Source of the DNA: Squalus acanthias
Lineage: Eukaryota
Assembly (NCBI GenBank): GCA_030390025.1
Contig: CM059432.1
Span: 123,630,001 to 123,694,000, forward strand
Reading direction: 5' to 3'
Length of the DNA: 64,000 nt
The notes beneath the pieces are model-generated. The model saw only the letters and a program-made list of their open reading frames with translations, was not told the origin of the DNA and made no database searches. Position 1 is the stretch's first letter, and each line of letters starts with the position of its first letter. Position numbers and translations under genes: made by a program. Below, one piece after another: positions 63,601-64,000 of the stretch.

Positions 63601-64000
63601 CCCGGCCCCGTCGCCCACTCTACCCGGCCCCATCGCCCACCCTTCCCTGTCCCATCACGCACACTACCCGGCCCCATCGCCCACCCTTCCCTGTCCCATC
63701 GCCCACTCTACCCGGCCCCATCGCCCACCCTTCCCTGTCCCATCGCCCACCCTACCCGGCCCCGTCGCCCACTCTACCCGGCCCAATCGCCCACCCTACC
63801 CGGCCCCGTCACCCACTCTACCCGGCCCCATCGCCCACCCTACCCGGCCCCGTCGCCCACTCTACCCGGCCCCATCGCCCACCCTTCCCGGCCCAATCGC
63901 CCACTCTACCCGGCCCAATCGCCCACTCTTCCCGGCCCCATCACCCACTCTTCCCATCCCCATCGCCCACCCTACCCGGCCCCATCGCCCACCCTTCCCG
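45640..64000. repeat. 22-bp tandem satellite, about 835 units in the window, running off the right edge
   Basis: Consensus CCCCATCGCCCACCCTACCCGG, with common variants ..TTCCCGG, ..TTCCCTGT, ..CCCAT and ATCACCC. Confidence 0.99.

Noticed and set aside
45640..64000. CRISPR array or telomeric repeat
   Set aside because: No unique spacers or cas genes; contains CCCTA but not (CCCTAA)n.

Overview
Vertebrate genomic DNA, most likely a shark or ray. This is inferred from the repeat content: HE1/V-SINE, Deu-domain SINEs, CR1 and L2 3' ends and Neptune-type Penelope elements. The only host coding sequence I can support is a 66-nt first coding exon on the minus strand (8631-8696), [22 protein letters not shown], the N-terminus of a DOK4/5/6 docking protein (best match DOK6); the ORF track misses it. 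Bases 1-45.6 kb are otherwise intron-like or intergenic DNA packed with nested mobile elements. These include Penelope-like elements and short derivatives carrying minimal hammerhead ribozyme motifs of two covarying types, among them a 228-bp palindromic double-hammerhead insertion with a 13-bp TSD. There is also a decayed, apparently chimeric PIF/Harbinger transposon, more than a dozen Harbinger MITEs or remnants (many with readable 3-bp TSDs), and SINE/LINE fragments. From 45640 to the window edge lies an array of at least 18 kb of a 22-bp satellite. Each unit is a four-tract G-quadruplex motif, and the array has higher-order periods of 44, 65 and 146 units; it explains all the giant Pro/His ORFs. 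Family names come from recalled consensus features, not database searches.
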